This document shows, piece by piece, positions 6,324 to 15,033 of a DNA stretch of 28,040 nucleotides. The stretch is taken from positions 1 to 28,040 of the IMG/VR virus record IMGVR_UViG_3300016476_001549; one strand, given 5' to 3'. Numbering within the stretch: the stretch's first letter is position 1; each line of letters starts with the position of its first letter. The translations under genes were made by a program, and so were the position numbers. The notes under the pieces are model-generated. The model did not search any database, was not told where the DNA came from, and saw nothing but the letters and a program-made list of their open reading frames with translations. Source of the DNA: a virus (Duplodnaviria > Caudoviricetes).

Positions 6324-6899
6324 TTATTTAGGCAAAGCTACAAAAGCTTCTGCATAATCCTCTCCTTTACTTAACAACATTGAAGCTCTATTATATCCAT
6401 CAAGCAATTGACCGTCAACAACAACCAATTCTTGATTTAAACCCTCAGAGTCTAAATCATCATATTCATATCTATCTTCAAAATCACCTTCATTATAATA
6501 TTCGGCAAAATCTGAATCAGTATTTAATAATTGATTTAAGTCTACTTTTTGAATTTTAAACTTTCTTGGTTTAATTAATTTATCCATAAACCAATCAGGC
6601 AAATCTTCCTCATTTGGAGTGATTAACTCTATATGCCTATTAACTTCTTTTCCTGAAAAAACTTTATTAGAATCCAAAGATTCATTTAATTGATAATGTT
6701 TTTTCATCCATGTTTTCAATTTATCTAAATCAAACTCTTTTTCCTTATTATCATATCCACAAATGTGACAAAAATATGGACTATCATCTGTTTTTTTTAT
6801 GTCCCAATGATGAAAACAATTTTGACAAGTCACATGCTTTCCTTCGGACTCAACCAATACACGTTCTAAAATTGTTCTAATTTCCTTTCTTAATTTCAT
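6324..6899 (-). CDS. Zn-ribbon plus ParB/Srx-like domain protein
   Basis: CQNC...CHIC; C-terminal LVVVDGQLLDGYNR resembles the ParB-like (I/L)DGxHR motif. Confidence 0.6.
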   Translation of the reverse strand: MKLRKEIRTILERVLVESEGKHVTCQNCFHHWDIKKTDDSPYFCHICGYDNKEKEFDLDKLKTWMKKHYQLNESLDSNKVFSGKEVNRHIELITPNEEDLPDWFMDKLIKPRKFKIQKVDLNQLLNTDSDFAEYYNEGDFEDRYEYDDLDSEGLNQELVVVDGQLLDGYNRASMLLSKGEDYAEAFVALPK

Positions 6900-6904
6900 A
6901 TCAT

Positions 6905-7570
6905 TTAAGAATAATAACTTGAATAAACCTCATGAGTTAAGCCATAATCAATCAAAACAATTGTATCTTGACCATCTCTTTTAACAATTCCATAAGAACT
7001 TAATCTCATTAAATCACCTACAGGAACTGCATAATTACCTATAAAACCAAATAGTTCATACATAAATTCATTTTCCCACATATCATCCGCCAACTCTTGA
7101 CTCATTTCATATTTTGCAACTCTCCTTAGATTTCCAGAATCAACACCAACATTATGAATTGCTGTTTTAATATCTTCAAAGTTATATCCTACAATATTTT
7201 TAAAGTCGGATGCTTTAACTTTTCTAGCCAATTCCATTTCAACCCACAAATTATTTTGCTCATCATAGTCAAATATTTTGGCAACAATATCTTTTATGTC
7301 ATTATATTGACCATATTCAATTTCTACTTCATTTTGAGCAACACCTTTATCGTTTTTTGCTAGCTTAAGAACTTTTTCTTCATCTATCTTATAGACAATT
7401 CTTGATGATCCCGATGATAACCTTTGCAGATGTTCTTGAGCATATCTATTTCTACCAGCATGACTTTTTAAGGATTTGAAAACCTCCATATCAAAACTCG
7501 CAGGATAATCCTCTAGCAATTCAACTTCTTGAACAAATTCACGAATTAAAGTTCTAATTTTTTTATTCAT
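6905..7570 (-). CDS. Protein-kinase-like fold protein
   Basis: SGSSRIVY (Gly loop), VLKLA, NEVE, GDL and VLIDYG. Start placed at MNKKIRTLIRE. Confidence 0.7.
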   Translation of the reverse strand: MNKKIRTLIREFVQEVELLEDYPASFDMEVFKSLKSHAGRNRYAQEHLQRLSSGSSRIVYKIDEEKVLKLAKNDKGVAQNEVEIEYGQYNDIKDIVAKIFDYDEQNNLWVEMELARKVKASDFKNIVGYNFEDIKTAIHNVGVDSGNLRRVAKYEMSQELADDMWENEFMYELFGFIGNYAVPVGDLMRLSSYGIVKRDGQDTIVLIDYGLTHEVYSSYYS

Positions 7571-7608
7571 ATAAATAAATATGAAGCAAAAACACAAAAA
7601 CATAAAAC

Positions 7609-7638
7609 AAAAAAGCCAATAGGAAATCCTATTGGCTT
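7609..7638 (-). terminator. Intrinsic terminator after the giant ncRNA
   Basis: Minus strand AAGCCAATAGG-ATTT-CCTATTGGCTTTTTT. Confidence 0.85.
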
Positions 7639-7661
7639 AAATTTCTTTTTAAAATAAAAAA

Positions 7662-8655
7662 ACGCTTAGACTATCGTTTAAATCTCAGATTTTAATAGGA
7701 TTATTAGTTCCCTACTTTGTCCGACCATCTTTCAATGAATCACCTGAGTAACCTCGGTTATTTATGATAACCACACATTTTCGTCAACATCTACTCTGCA
7801 GATACTCGCCCTATACGTGTATGCCTACCCATACAAAACTTCCACTACAATTCATATCACCTTGCGGGTGAATACGCTCCCAATTCAAGCAAACTTGTCG
7901 GGATCTGAGAGGTCTTTCAATATTAACGCTCACAGGTCTTGGGCTTTAATCAGAGTTTTATTTTCAAATTAAAACTCCAGGAATCGAACCTGGATATTAC
8001 CATTGCTGTGTATACCTATAACGAATAAAGACGTGCCTGTGAGTGACAGATTCATAAATTGCTCTACGAAATACTGCAACGCCTTCTGTACGCTTTTGCA
8101 TGCGCACTATGCAACCGATTAACTCTTTTACATAACAACTCCATTTCAGAAGCTATCATAGGTCTTTAGTCAACCAATTAGCACTATTTGACAGCATTTG
8201 CTTTGCGAGAACTCACACCATCAAACATTGACTTTTCTTATTGCTCATTTCTGAACTCAACCACCAAAGAGGTACACTTTGATGGTATATCTCAAACCTC
8301 AACATTCGTCATTAGCTTAAAATATATACTAGTCTATTTTTCGGACATCCTATCCAATAGCAAGCTATTGATAAGGCGAAGAGATTTCAACCTCCCCTTT
8401 ATTTCTTGTTACCAAGATTTATTTTCCCAAAAAGGGCTTTTCACTCATAGGAGTGAAATAGACACCAAACTGCCTAAAACTTTTTTTGTCATCTGATTTG
8501 TAATAGCTGATTTATATTTCACAATCAATTTAAATGCGAAGGGCTTCCACTATTCTAGATTTACGTTTTAAGCAAATCCTCAAGTCATACACAGTCTCAC
8601 TTTCCTCACATACTATTACTGTCGACTGAACCTAAACATTTATTCAGATGACAAT
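7662..8655 (-). ncRNA. ~1 kb highly structured ncRNA, GOLLD-like
   Basis: No credible ORF and visibly more GC than its flanks. Own promoter, boxA-like site and terminator. Helices include 8486-8496/8644-8654, 8217-8225/8278-8286, 7929-7936/8036-8043 and 7683-7690/7903-7910. The family assignment is unverified. Confidence 0.7.
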
Positions 8656-8693
8656 ATTTTAAAATTCAAAGAACGTTTTCTTGTTTTGTGATA

Positions 8694-8724
8694 CAAAAGT
8701 AAAACAAAAAAAAATTAATTCAAA
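8694..8724 (-). promoter_or_regulatory. Bacteroidota primary-sigma promoter for the giant ncRNA
   Basis: TTTG-N19-TACTTTTG. Confidence 0.7.
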
Positions 8725-8759
8725 ATGTTTTTTGAAAAAAATTAAATTTTTTTAAAAAA

Positions 8760-8847
8760 TTGTTATTGGGAGTTTCCATACAAACTCACTCTAGGAAAAT
8801 TCCTCCAAAAATTTAGGGCTCAACAATTATGAGCGACATAATAACAA
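8760..8847 (-). ncRNA. Small multibranch structured RNA, unknown family
   Basis: Closing helix TTGTTATT/AATAACAA with hairpins GCTCA/TGAGC, AGGA/TCCT and GAGTTT/AAACTC; lies downstream of an ECF-like promoter. Confidence 0.5.
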
Positions 8848-8875
8848 TTCAAAGATAATAATATATTTTTAATTT

Positions 8876-8902
8876 ATACGAATTAAACTTAAAAAAGTTA
8901 CT
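8876..8902 (-). promoter_or_regulatory. ECF-sigma-like promoter
   Basis: AGTAAC-N16-CGTAT, one of six copies. Confidence 0.65.
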
Positions 8903-8921
8903 TCATAAAGTAAAAATTATT

Positions 8922-9137
8922 TTATACATCTTTAATTATAAAATAAACATAACTTAAAAAAGGAACGGCTATTACAGCAGACAATAAGATTCCAAACAAT
9001 GGATGTATGTCATAAGCAGCTTGAAAACCTGTTCCAAGCCCTTCTGCTTCCAATGTATAAAAAGCTATATTCATAAATAATATTAAAGCAGCTATAATCA
9101 CTTTAAACTGCTTTGTTTCTGATACTTTTTTTGACAT
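8922..9137 (-). CDS. Small two-TM membrane protein
   Basis: Two hydrophobic stretches; ATG start at MSKKVSE. Confidence 0.7.
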   Translation of the reverse strand: MSKKVSETKQFKVIIAALILFMNIAFYTLEAEGLGTGFQAAYDIHPLFGILLSAVIAVPFLSYVYFIIKDV

Positions 9138-9144
9138 AAATCTT

Positions 9145-9270
9145 TTATTTATTGTATTTATTTTTTTTTCTAATTTGATCAATCAAGTTTCTTGTCTTTA
9201 CTTCATCAACTATTGAATAAACTAACAACCACAGACCTATTAACATAGTAGTAAAAATCAAAAACTTCAT
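9145..9270 (-). CDS. Small single-TM protein, 41 aa
   Basis: Manual translation MKFLIFTTMLIGLWLLVYSIVDEVKTRNLIDQIRKKNKYNK*; fills the gap between its neighbours. Confidence 0.6.
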   Translation of the reverse strand: MKFLIFTTMLIGLWLLVYSIVDEVKTRNLIDQIRKKNKYNK

Positions 9271-9303
9271 AATTTTTTATTTATTATAAATAGATATATA
9301 ATT

Positions 9304-9771
9304 TTAAACTTTTTTCCAACAATCACCCTCTTTAAAGTAGAATTTAAAATTATTTAATTCAACATTAAAAAAATTTTCTTTTTCTGTATATATTGTTTTT
9401 TTAGATGTTATATTTGATTCTAACACTTTGTTCATAGTTGTTACAGCCAACGTATTGCATGAATTATTTATCATAATAAACAAATCAGCCTCACTTTCAT
9501 TTTTTCTTTGTGGAACATCTATAGTTGACCAGCCTTGCCAAACACCATCTTTTGTCCACACTTTTTTTCTCTCAACTTCCACTTTTACTTTTCTATTTTT
9601 AGAAATCAACAAAACTTCAAAATCTTGTTTCTTAAATTTTTCTATTTGATCTTCTAGTGGTATTTCTAACTTATAGTGTCCAATCCACTCAAGAAAGTCA
9701 ACTGCCACCTCTTTTGATAATCGATCATTCTCATCACATAATTCTTGCGAAAATTTTTTGTATTCAGACAT
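9304..9771 (-). CDS. Putative PD-(D/E)XK-fold protein
   Basis: QDFEVL...VEVERK spacing. Confidence 0.5.
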   Translation of the reverse strand: MSEYKKFSQELCDENDRLSKEVAVDFLEWIGHYKLEIPLEDQIEKFKKQDFEVLLISKNRKVKVEVERKKVWTKDGVWQGWSTIDVPQRKNESEADLFIMINNSCNTLAVTTMNKVLESNITSKKTIYTEKENFFNVELNNFKFYFKEGDCWKKV

Positions 9772-9785
9772 ATTAATAGTTTATT

Positions 9786-10559
9786 TTATAAAAAATCAGG
9801 ATCAAAATCTTCATCATCTTCATTTAATTCATTTTCATTTTTTTTTGTTTGTTCTATTGGCTTTTGAGCATCTGATACATAAAGCTTTTTCAAAAAGCAA
9901 GACCTAACTTGAACTCTGTCATTTCCAAATCTTGCATCTATTAAAGTTTCGGTTGCTTTAATTACAAAACCCCTCATATTTAAAATAGACACATAGCTTT
10001 TTTTATCATATTCACTCATAAGATTTAGGTCAAACTCAACCCAATCACCTTTTTGTATATTTATATTTTCTTTTAATCTTTCGTTTTGGTATTGACCTCT
10101 AAAATAGTTTAAAAAATATTCTATAATAATAGATTTTCTAGTATAGTCTATTTGTTGACTATTTTGTTCCAAAATTAAATCTTCAGAAAATTCAGATAAC
10201 ATTACAACAGAAGATGCAGAGTTTGTAGATCTAGCCTTGTAAGAGCAATCTTTTGATTTAATATCGAAATACAAATTTCCGTTGGGCGCAAAAATGGTTA
10301 TACCTATTTCATTAAAGTCTACCTCAAAAGAACCTTGTAATATATGAATAGCACTTGTGGATTTGTTTATTTTTTGAGCAGTATCATTTACCTCTGAAGT
10401 ATGTATAAATTCTAGAGATATTATGTGTTTATTTATTTTTGTATATAATTTTTCAACAATAGGTTTTTGTAAATTATACACAACAGAAGTCCAAATATTT
10501 GGTTGCGATAATAATTCTAATATTAATCTATCCTCTATTTGCTTTAATTTATCAATCAT
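9786..10559 (-). CDS. Hypothetical protein
   Basis: 257-aa ORF with an acidic C-terminal tail. Confidence 0.8.
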   Translation of the reverse strand: MIDKLKQIEDRLILELLSQPNIWTSVVYNLQKPIVEKLYTKINKHIISLEFIHTSEVNDTAQKINKSTSAIHILQGSFEVDFNEIGITIFAPNGNLYFDIKSKDCSYKARSTNSASSVVMLSEFSEDLILEQNSQQIDYTRKSIIIEYFLNYFRGQYQNERLKENINIQKGDWVEFDLNLMSEYDKKSYVSILNMRGFVIKATETLIDARFGNDRVQVRSCFLKKLYVSDAQKPIEQTKKNENELNEDDEDFDPDFL

Positions 10560-10633
10560 ATTTTTTATGTTTACATAAACAAAATTAATAAAAAATATCC
10601 TTTTTTAAAACTATTTATATCAAAAACATCTTT

Positions 10634-12280
10634 ATGAAAAATATCAACGAAAAAGAATTAGAGAACTATATTTTAAAAATGCTTAAAGAAAGTTATTTCG
10701 ACGAACTTGAATTTGATGATAGTGCTATGAAAGCAGCTATGGCTGATATAAATGCTGATCCTACAGCAGGTGATTTCGAAGAACTTGGAACTAGTAAATT
10801 TGAAAAAGACCCTAAATTCAAGAGCAAACTTAAATCATCTCTTAAACAAGCAAATTTAGAACTTCCTTCTGATGAAGCAGAAGTTGAATATTATGTTGAA
10901 TTATTGAGAAAAAGAAAAGCACAGGAAGATAGATTTGGAAAAGGTAGCTTAAATGAACTTGAAAAATTTGAAAATATAACTGATTCTAAAGGAAATCCTA
11001 TTAAACTTAAATCTCAAGTTGAAGATGTTGAAACTGGTATTCTTGGATATGTAGAGAGACTTAAACAAGACGATGAAACAAATAAAATGTTTGTTAAAGT
11101 TAATTGGATTAAACCAGATAACACTATGATTCCTAGCATAGTTAACCCTAAAACTCTTATAGCTACACTACAAGAAGAAAATACTATAATGAACGAAGAG
11201 GCTTACGAATCAACTAGATATATGTTTTTTAGTAATTTAGAACAAATTAGAAGACAAGCAGATTTGCTATTAGATATGGATGAAGACCAATTAAATTCAA
11301 TTCTTGAAAATGGTCATGATTGGGCTCAAGATCACATTGCAACAGCTAAAGAAAGTATTGACCAAGTTTTTGATTTTTTAATGAACGAAACAAGCGAAGG
11401 AGATACATGGAATTCTGATGATATTGAAAAAGAAGAAGAATTTGAAGAAGAAATAGAAGAAGGGATTGGGCATTCTCATACAATAGGAAAAGGAACAAAT
11501 GAAAAACCTGTAAACTACCCTGAAACATTAATGAGAGAAGCTGTTAAAGATGCTGTAGAAGAAGTTTTCGGAAACTATACATCTACTGCTTCAGGAAGTG
11601 TAGGATATCCAAAAACTAGCTCATCATCTTATGAAACAGATATTGAGAAAAATTTAGGTCAAGGAATTAAACTTAAAGATGTTGTTTCTTCAATTAAAAA
11701 TGTATTAAAAGGCACAGGAAACATTAAAGGTGAACTTGAAAAACTAAGGATGAAAAATTGGAAGGGTACACCTGAAGGTTGGCATGAATTTATTTCAAAT
11801 AAAAAATATTTCTCTGGTACAAATGAGAGTATAGAAGAAGATATGGATAAAACAGATTACCAATTCAACAAAGCAATGCTTGACTATGAAGCTCAAGAAG
11901 ATTTAAACAGAGAATACTCAGATGATGATAGATATGAAGAAGTTGTTTTTTTACAAGATCACGAAGCCAATCATGCTTTAAATATTTTGAAACAAGATGG
12001 GGAAGATGAGGCAATGCAATATCTTATGCAATGGCATCAACCAGGAAATCACGAAACCTCAAATGAAACTGGTTTTGGCTCTTTAGATAAAACATACGAA
12101 AAAGATGGGTATATTATGTATTATAACCCACAAATTGGATATATAGGTTTAATTCATGATTCTTCATTAGATGAAGATTCGCAAAGAAAAAGACATACAG
12201 CTGGTCAGATAGGAAAAGTATCTAAAAATATACCACTAGGTCAACATGCACCCCATTCTGATTCAGCATTAGGATTATAA
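10634..12280 (+). CDS. Large acidic modular phage protein, possibly head-internal
   Basis: 548 aa, E/D-rich, with repeated LNE/MNE/LMRE junctions; preceded by TATTTAT. Confidence 0.75.
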   Translation: MKNINEKELENYILKMLKESYFDELEFDDSAMKAAMADINADPTAGDFEELGTSKFEKDPKFKSKLKSSLKQANLELPSDEAEVEYYVELLRKRKAQEDRFGKGSLNELEKFENITDSKGNPIKLKSQVEDVETGILGYVERLKQDDETNKMFVKVNWIKPDNTMIPSIVNPKTLIATLQEENTIMNEEAYESTRYMFFSNLEQIRRQADLLLDMDEDQLNSILENGHDWAQDHIATAKESIDQVFDFLMNETSEGDTWNSDDIEKEEEFEEEIEEGIGHSHTIGKGTNEKPVNYPETLMREAVKDAVEEVFGNYTSTASGSVGYPKTSSSSYETDIEKNLGQGIKLKDVVSSIKNVLKGTGNIKGELEKLRMKNWKGTPEGWHEFISNKKYFSGTNESIEEDMDKTDYQFNKAMLDYEAQEDLNREYSDDDRYEEVVFLQDHEANHALNILKQDGEDEAMQYLMQWHQPGNHETSNETGFGSLDKTYEKDGYIMYYNPQIGYIGLIHDSSLDEDSQRKRHTAGQIGKVSKNIPLGQHAPHSDSALGL

Positions 12281-12316
12281 AAATACGGATTTAGGACCGT
12301 TCACTAGTTATGGTGA

Positions 12317-12357
12317 GAAACCCCTCAAGAGTCGCTGCCTGAGGGGTTTCATTTTTT
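12317..12357 (+). terminator. Intrinsic terminator, last of three tandem hairpins
   Basis: GAAACCCCTCA...TGAGGGGTTTC-ATTTTTT. Confidence 0.75.
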
Positions 12358-12416
12358 ATTAAAACTTCATCAAGCCTTTATTTTTAAACCTATTTATATT
12401 TAAATTAATTTATTTA

Positions 12417-12809
12417 ATGCCTTATAGTTTTATATACCCATTAGTTAGAGTAAATCCTGATTATAAATTCAATGAAGTTTTATCTGGATATAACTATAAT
12501 TTTACTCTACTTGAGACGGCATTAAACTCAGGCTCTACAACCCCTGGAAATGGTCTTTCTTTTATTAGCGGACAAACAATAGGATTGGGAGGTAGTCTAA
12601 CTCAAGACACACACATATACAATAACAATTACCTATTTTCTTTAGATTCTTTTTCTGGACTATCTGTATCCGCAAACACAATAAATCTAACTTCATTATC
12701 TACAGTTACTGGATTAACAAATTATCTAGTAATTCAAAACGATGGTAGTGTAGCAATACAAAATTTTTCAGGAGAAAGCGAAGTAACATTAGATGGTGGT
12801 AGTTGGTAA
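12417..12809 (+). CDS. Putative virion structural or fibre-like protein
   Basis: S/G/T/N-rich; IGLGGSLTQDT; ends in LDGGSW. Confidence 0.55.
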   Translation: MPYSFIYPLVRVNPDYKFNEVLSGYNYNFTLLETALNSGSTTPGNGLSFISGQTIGLGGSLTQDTHIYNNNYLFSLDSFSGLSVSANTINLTSLSTVTGLTNYLVIQNDGSVAIQNFSGESEVTLDGGSW

Positions 12810-12851
12810 ATTTTTAATTTTTAAAACATATTTATTAAAAAAAGAACAATT

Positions 12852-13004
12852 ATGGCAAAGATTAAAAAAACAGATGGAGCAGGCGGTTCTAAATTCAAAG
12901 AAAAAGGTAAAAAGAAACGTCCAGGTGTTCATGCTAAAAGCAAAACATCTAAATTAAAAACTTCAAAAAACTACAAAAAAAAGTATAAAGCTCAAGGTCA
13001 TTAA
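12852..13004 (+). CDS. Small highly basic protein, 50 aa
   Basis: Manual translation MAKIKKTDGAGGSKFKEKGKKKRPGVHAKSKTSKLKTSKNYKKKYKAQGH*; preceded by TATTTAT. Confidence 0.75.
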   Translation: MAKIKKTDGAGGSKFKEKGKKKRPGVHAKSKTSKLKTSKNYKKKYKAQGH

Positions 13005-13010
13005 AAAAAA

Positions 13011-13310
13011 ATGGAAAACCAAATCAGAAAAATAATAAGAGAAATATTCTATCAAATTATAGAAGAAAGCATCTTTAAAAAAGAAAAAGAGCAAGGTCTT
13101 CATGGTTGGTTTTCTAGAAACAAAGGAAAAGGTTGGATTGATTGTAAGGCGAGCAAAAAAGGTAATTTAGTTCCTTGCGGTAGAGATAAAGCAGGTAGGG
13201 GGGCAGATAGAAAATATCCAGCCTGTAGACCTACGCTAGGCGCTTGTAATTCTATTGGAAAGAAAAAGAAAAAAGGCAAAAAAACTATTTCATGGAAGAA
13301 AAAGAAATAA
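13011..13310 (+). CDS. Basic Cys-containing phage protein
   Basis: N-terminus IRKIIRE; GWIDCK...PCGR...YPACRP. Confidence 0.75.
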   Translation: MENQIRKIIREIFYQIIEESIFKKEKEQGLHGWFSRNKGKGWIDCKASKKGNLVPCGRDKAGRGADRKYPACRPTLGACNSIGKKKKKGKKTISWKKKK

Positions 13311-14134
13311 GACATATTATCAGAGAAGCTTTAGAACAATTCTTAAACGAAATAAAACGTAAAAGAAAAAAGGGTAAAAAAAAGAAAGCTGATAGATGCA
13401 TAAAGATTGCAAAAAGAAAATACAATCGTTGGCCTTCTGCTTATGCCTCTGGAGCTGTTGTTCAATGTAGAGCGGGTAATATATGGAAAGACCTTAAAGG
13501 TGAGTCTGTTGAATATTTCGGAAATATAAACGAAGTATACAATGATTGGTCTAGACCTATGTATCTAAAAGAAGATTCTATGGTTTCTGAAGCTCTTAAA
13601 TATCATTTAGACAATGGAATTTCATTAAGTGAATGTGTATTTAGATATGGTTCAGAACAATACTTTAATCTTATTTCAGAAGTTCAGTATCTATATGAGA
13701 ATGATGTAATTGACCTAAACGAGAATGATGAGTTCATTATTTCAGAACACGATGATGACTTTTGTATTTTAAATGGTGAAAAAATAAAGCTTAACTTCAT
13801 TTTTGAAGAATTGGGAGGTGGGGATGTAATAAATGAAGCTGAATACCAAGGAAAGAACGTTGAAGTTGGTAAACCAAAAAGAGGTGGCTCAAAAAAGTTC
13901 TATGTATATGTTAGAAATCCAAAGACTGGTAAAATTAAAAAAGTTTCTTTTGGTGCAAAATCAGGAGGTGGAAATTTAGCAGTTAAACTGAGAGACCCTA
14001 AAGCAAGAAAAAGATTTGCTGATAGGCATAATTGTGAGCAAAAGAATGATAGAACAACTCCAGGATATTGGTCTTGCAGACTTCCTAGATATGCAAAACA
14101 ATTAGGTCTTTCTGGTGGAGGTAAATGGTGGTAA
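13292..14134 (+). CDS. Modular phage protein with basic Cys/His domains
   Basis: N-terminus IRHIIRE; WPSAYASG; C-terminal KKVSFG...RHNC...GYWSC. Confidence 0.8.
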   Translation: MEEKEIRHIIREALEQFLNEIKRKRKKGKKKKADRCIKIAKRKYNRWPSAYASGAVVQCRAGNIWKDLKGESVEYFGNINEVYNDWSRPMYLKEDSMVSEALKYHLDNGISLSECVFRYGSEQYFNLISEVQYLYENDVIDLNENDEFIISEHDDDFCILNGEKIKLNFIFEELGGGDVINEAEYQGKNVEVGKPKRGGSKKFYVYVRNPKTGKIKKVSFGAKSGGGNLAVKLRDPKARKRFADRHNCEQKNDRTTPGYWSCRLPRYAKQLGLSGGGKWW

Positions 14135-14138
14135 AATT

Positions 14139-14396
14139 ATGAATCCATACAAAGAAAATATAAAAGGAAATATTAGCGAAAGAATATTCAAATCTTCTGT
14201 TGATAATTCAGAACTGGTTTGGCATAGAGACAAAGAAGATAGAATAGTTGAAGCTATTGGAAATACCAATTGGTTATTTCAAATGGATAATCAACTTCCA
14301 ATAAAACTTGAGGGTGAAATATTCATTCCAAAAAATACATTCCATAGAATCATAAAAGGTGATGGTGATTTGAAGGTTAAAGTTCAGAAACTTTAA
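14139..14396 (+). CDS. Small cupin-like protein
   Basis: ELVWHRDKEDR...IFIPKNTFHRIIKG; ATG at 14139. Confidence 0.7.
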   Translation: MNPYKENIKGNISERIFKSSVDNSELVWHRDKEDRIVEAIGNTNWLFQMDNQLPIKLEGEIFIPKNTFHRIIKGDGDLKVKVQKL

Positions 14397-14402
14397 TACT
14401 TG

Positions 14403-14474
14403 TACCGATGAAGGGAATCAAACCCTAAGCCTAGTTCTTATGAGGAACCCGTACTATCATTATACGACATCGGT
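14403..14474 (-). tRNA. trnM: tRNA-Met(CAU) (Ile2 not excluded)
   Basis: Acceptor ACCGATG/CATCGGT-A; GGTTC-CT CAT AA-GAACT; variant D and T loops. Confidence 0.8.
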
Positions 14475-14524
14475 AAATTTGTGGGACTTTCACCCACATT
14501 GTTACTTGTATGGATCTACATACT

Positions 14525-14601
14525 TGGAGTCGGTAAACGGGATCGAACCGTCTCTATTCCAGATTGGAAGTCTGGCGCACCACCATTTATGCGTTACCGA
14601 C
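14525..14601 (-). tRNA. trnG: tRNA-Gly(UCC), CCA encoded
   Basis: Acceptor GTCGGTA/TACCGAC-T-CCA; CCAGA-CT TCC AA-TCTGG. Confidence 0.92.
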
Positions 14602-14676
14602 ATTTTATTTGGCGAATAATCACGCCAATATTCTTAGAGTGAATATTTAATTAAATAAATAAAAAATAGATTTTTT

Positions 14677-14757
14677 TGGAGTATTAGAGGGATTTTACCC
14701 CTCTAATAGTTTAAGTTTGTAGTTTAACCTACTGAGCAATTAATTGCTAAACACTCC
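14677..14757 (-). ncRNA. tRNA-sized cloverleaf-like element with no assignable anticodon
   Basis: 8-bp stem GGAGTGTT/AATACTCC; hairpins AGCAA/TTGCT, GTAG/CTAC and AGAGGG GTAAAAT CCCTCT. Confidence 0.4.
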
Positions 14758-14814
14758 TTTTTTCGATTTACTTTCATTTTCAGTTTGTGGTATCGAATTT
14801 ACCGTTTCTGCTAG

Positions 14815-14888
14815 TGGAGAATAACGGAGTCGAACCGTTGACCCCCTGCGTGCAAGGCAGGTGCTCTAGCCAGCTGAGCTAATCCCCC
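14815..14888 (-). tRNA. trnA: tRNA-Ala(UGC), Bacteroidota host-like
   Basis: GGGGGATTAGCTCAGCTGGCTAGAGCACCTGCCTTGCACGCAGG...; G3:U70. Confidence 0.97.
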
Positions 14889-14964
14889 AAAAAACTTGTG
14901 CTTTATATTAAATATGTTATTTTTTTGTTTTTTGTTAAAAAATAGAAAATAAATATATTTTTTG

Positions 14965-15033
14965 TGGGGACAGATGGAATTGAACCACCAAGGCGATGTT
15001 TTACAGACACGACCAGACCCTGTCGATACCCCC
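14965..15033 (-). tRNA. trnY: Atypical short tRNA-Tyr(GUA)
   Basis: Acceptor GGGGGTA/TGTCCCC-A; GTGT-CT GTA AA-ACAT; T-arm GGTGG TTCAATT CCATC; tiny D-arm and no long variable arm. Confidence 0.7.

Noticed and set aside
8188-8496. 102-aa plus-strand ORF
   Set aside because: TTG start, no motifs, and antisense to the structured RNA unit.
8595-8610. GAGGAAAGT resembling RNase P RNA conserved region I
   Set aside because: Not followed by CC, and no matching P4 partner or region V is visible.
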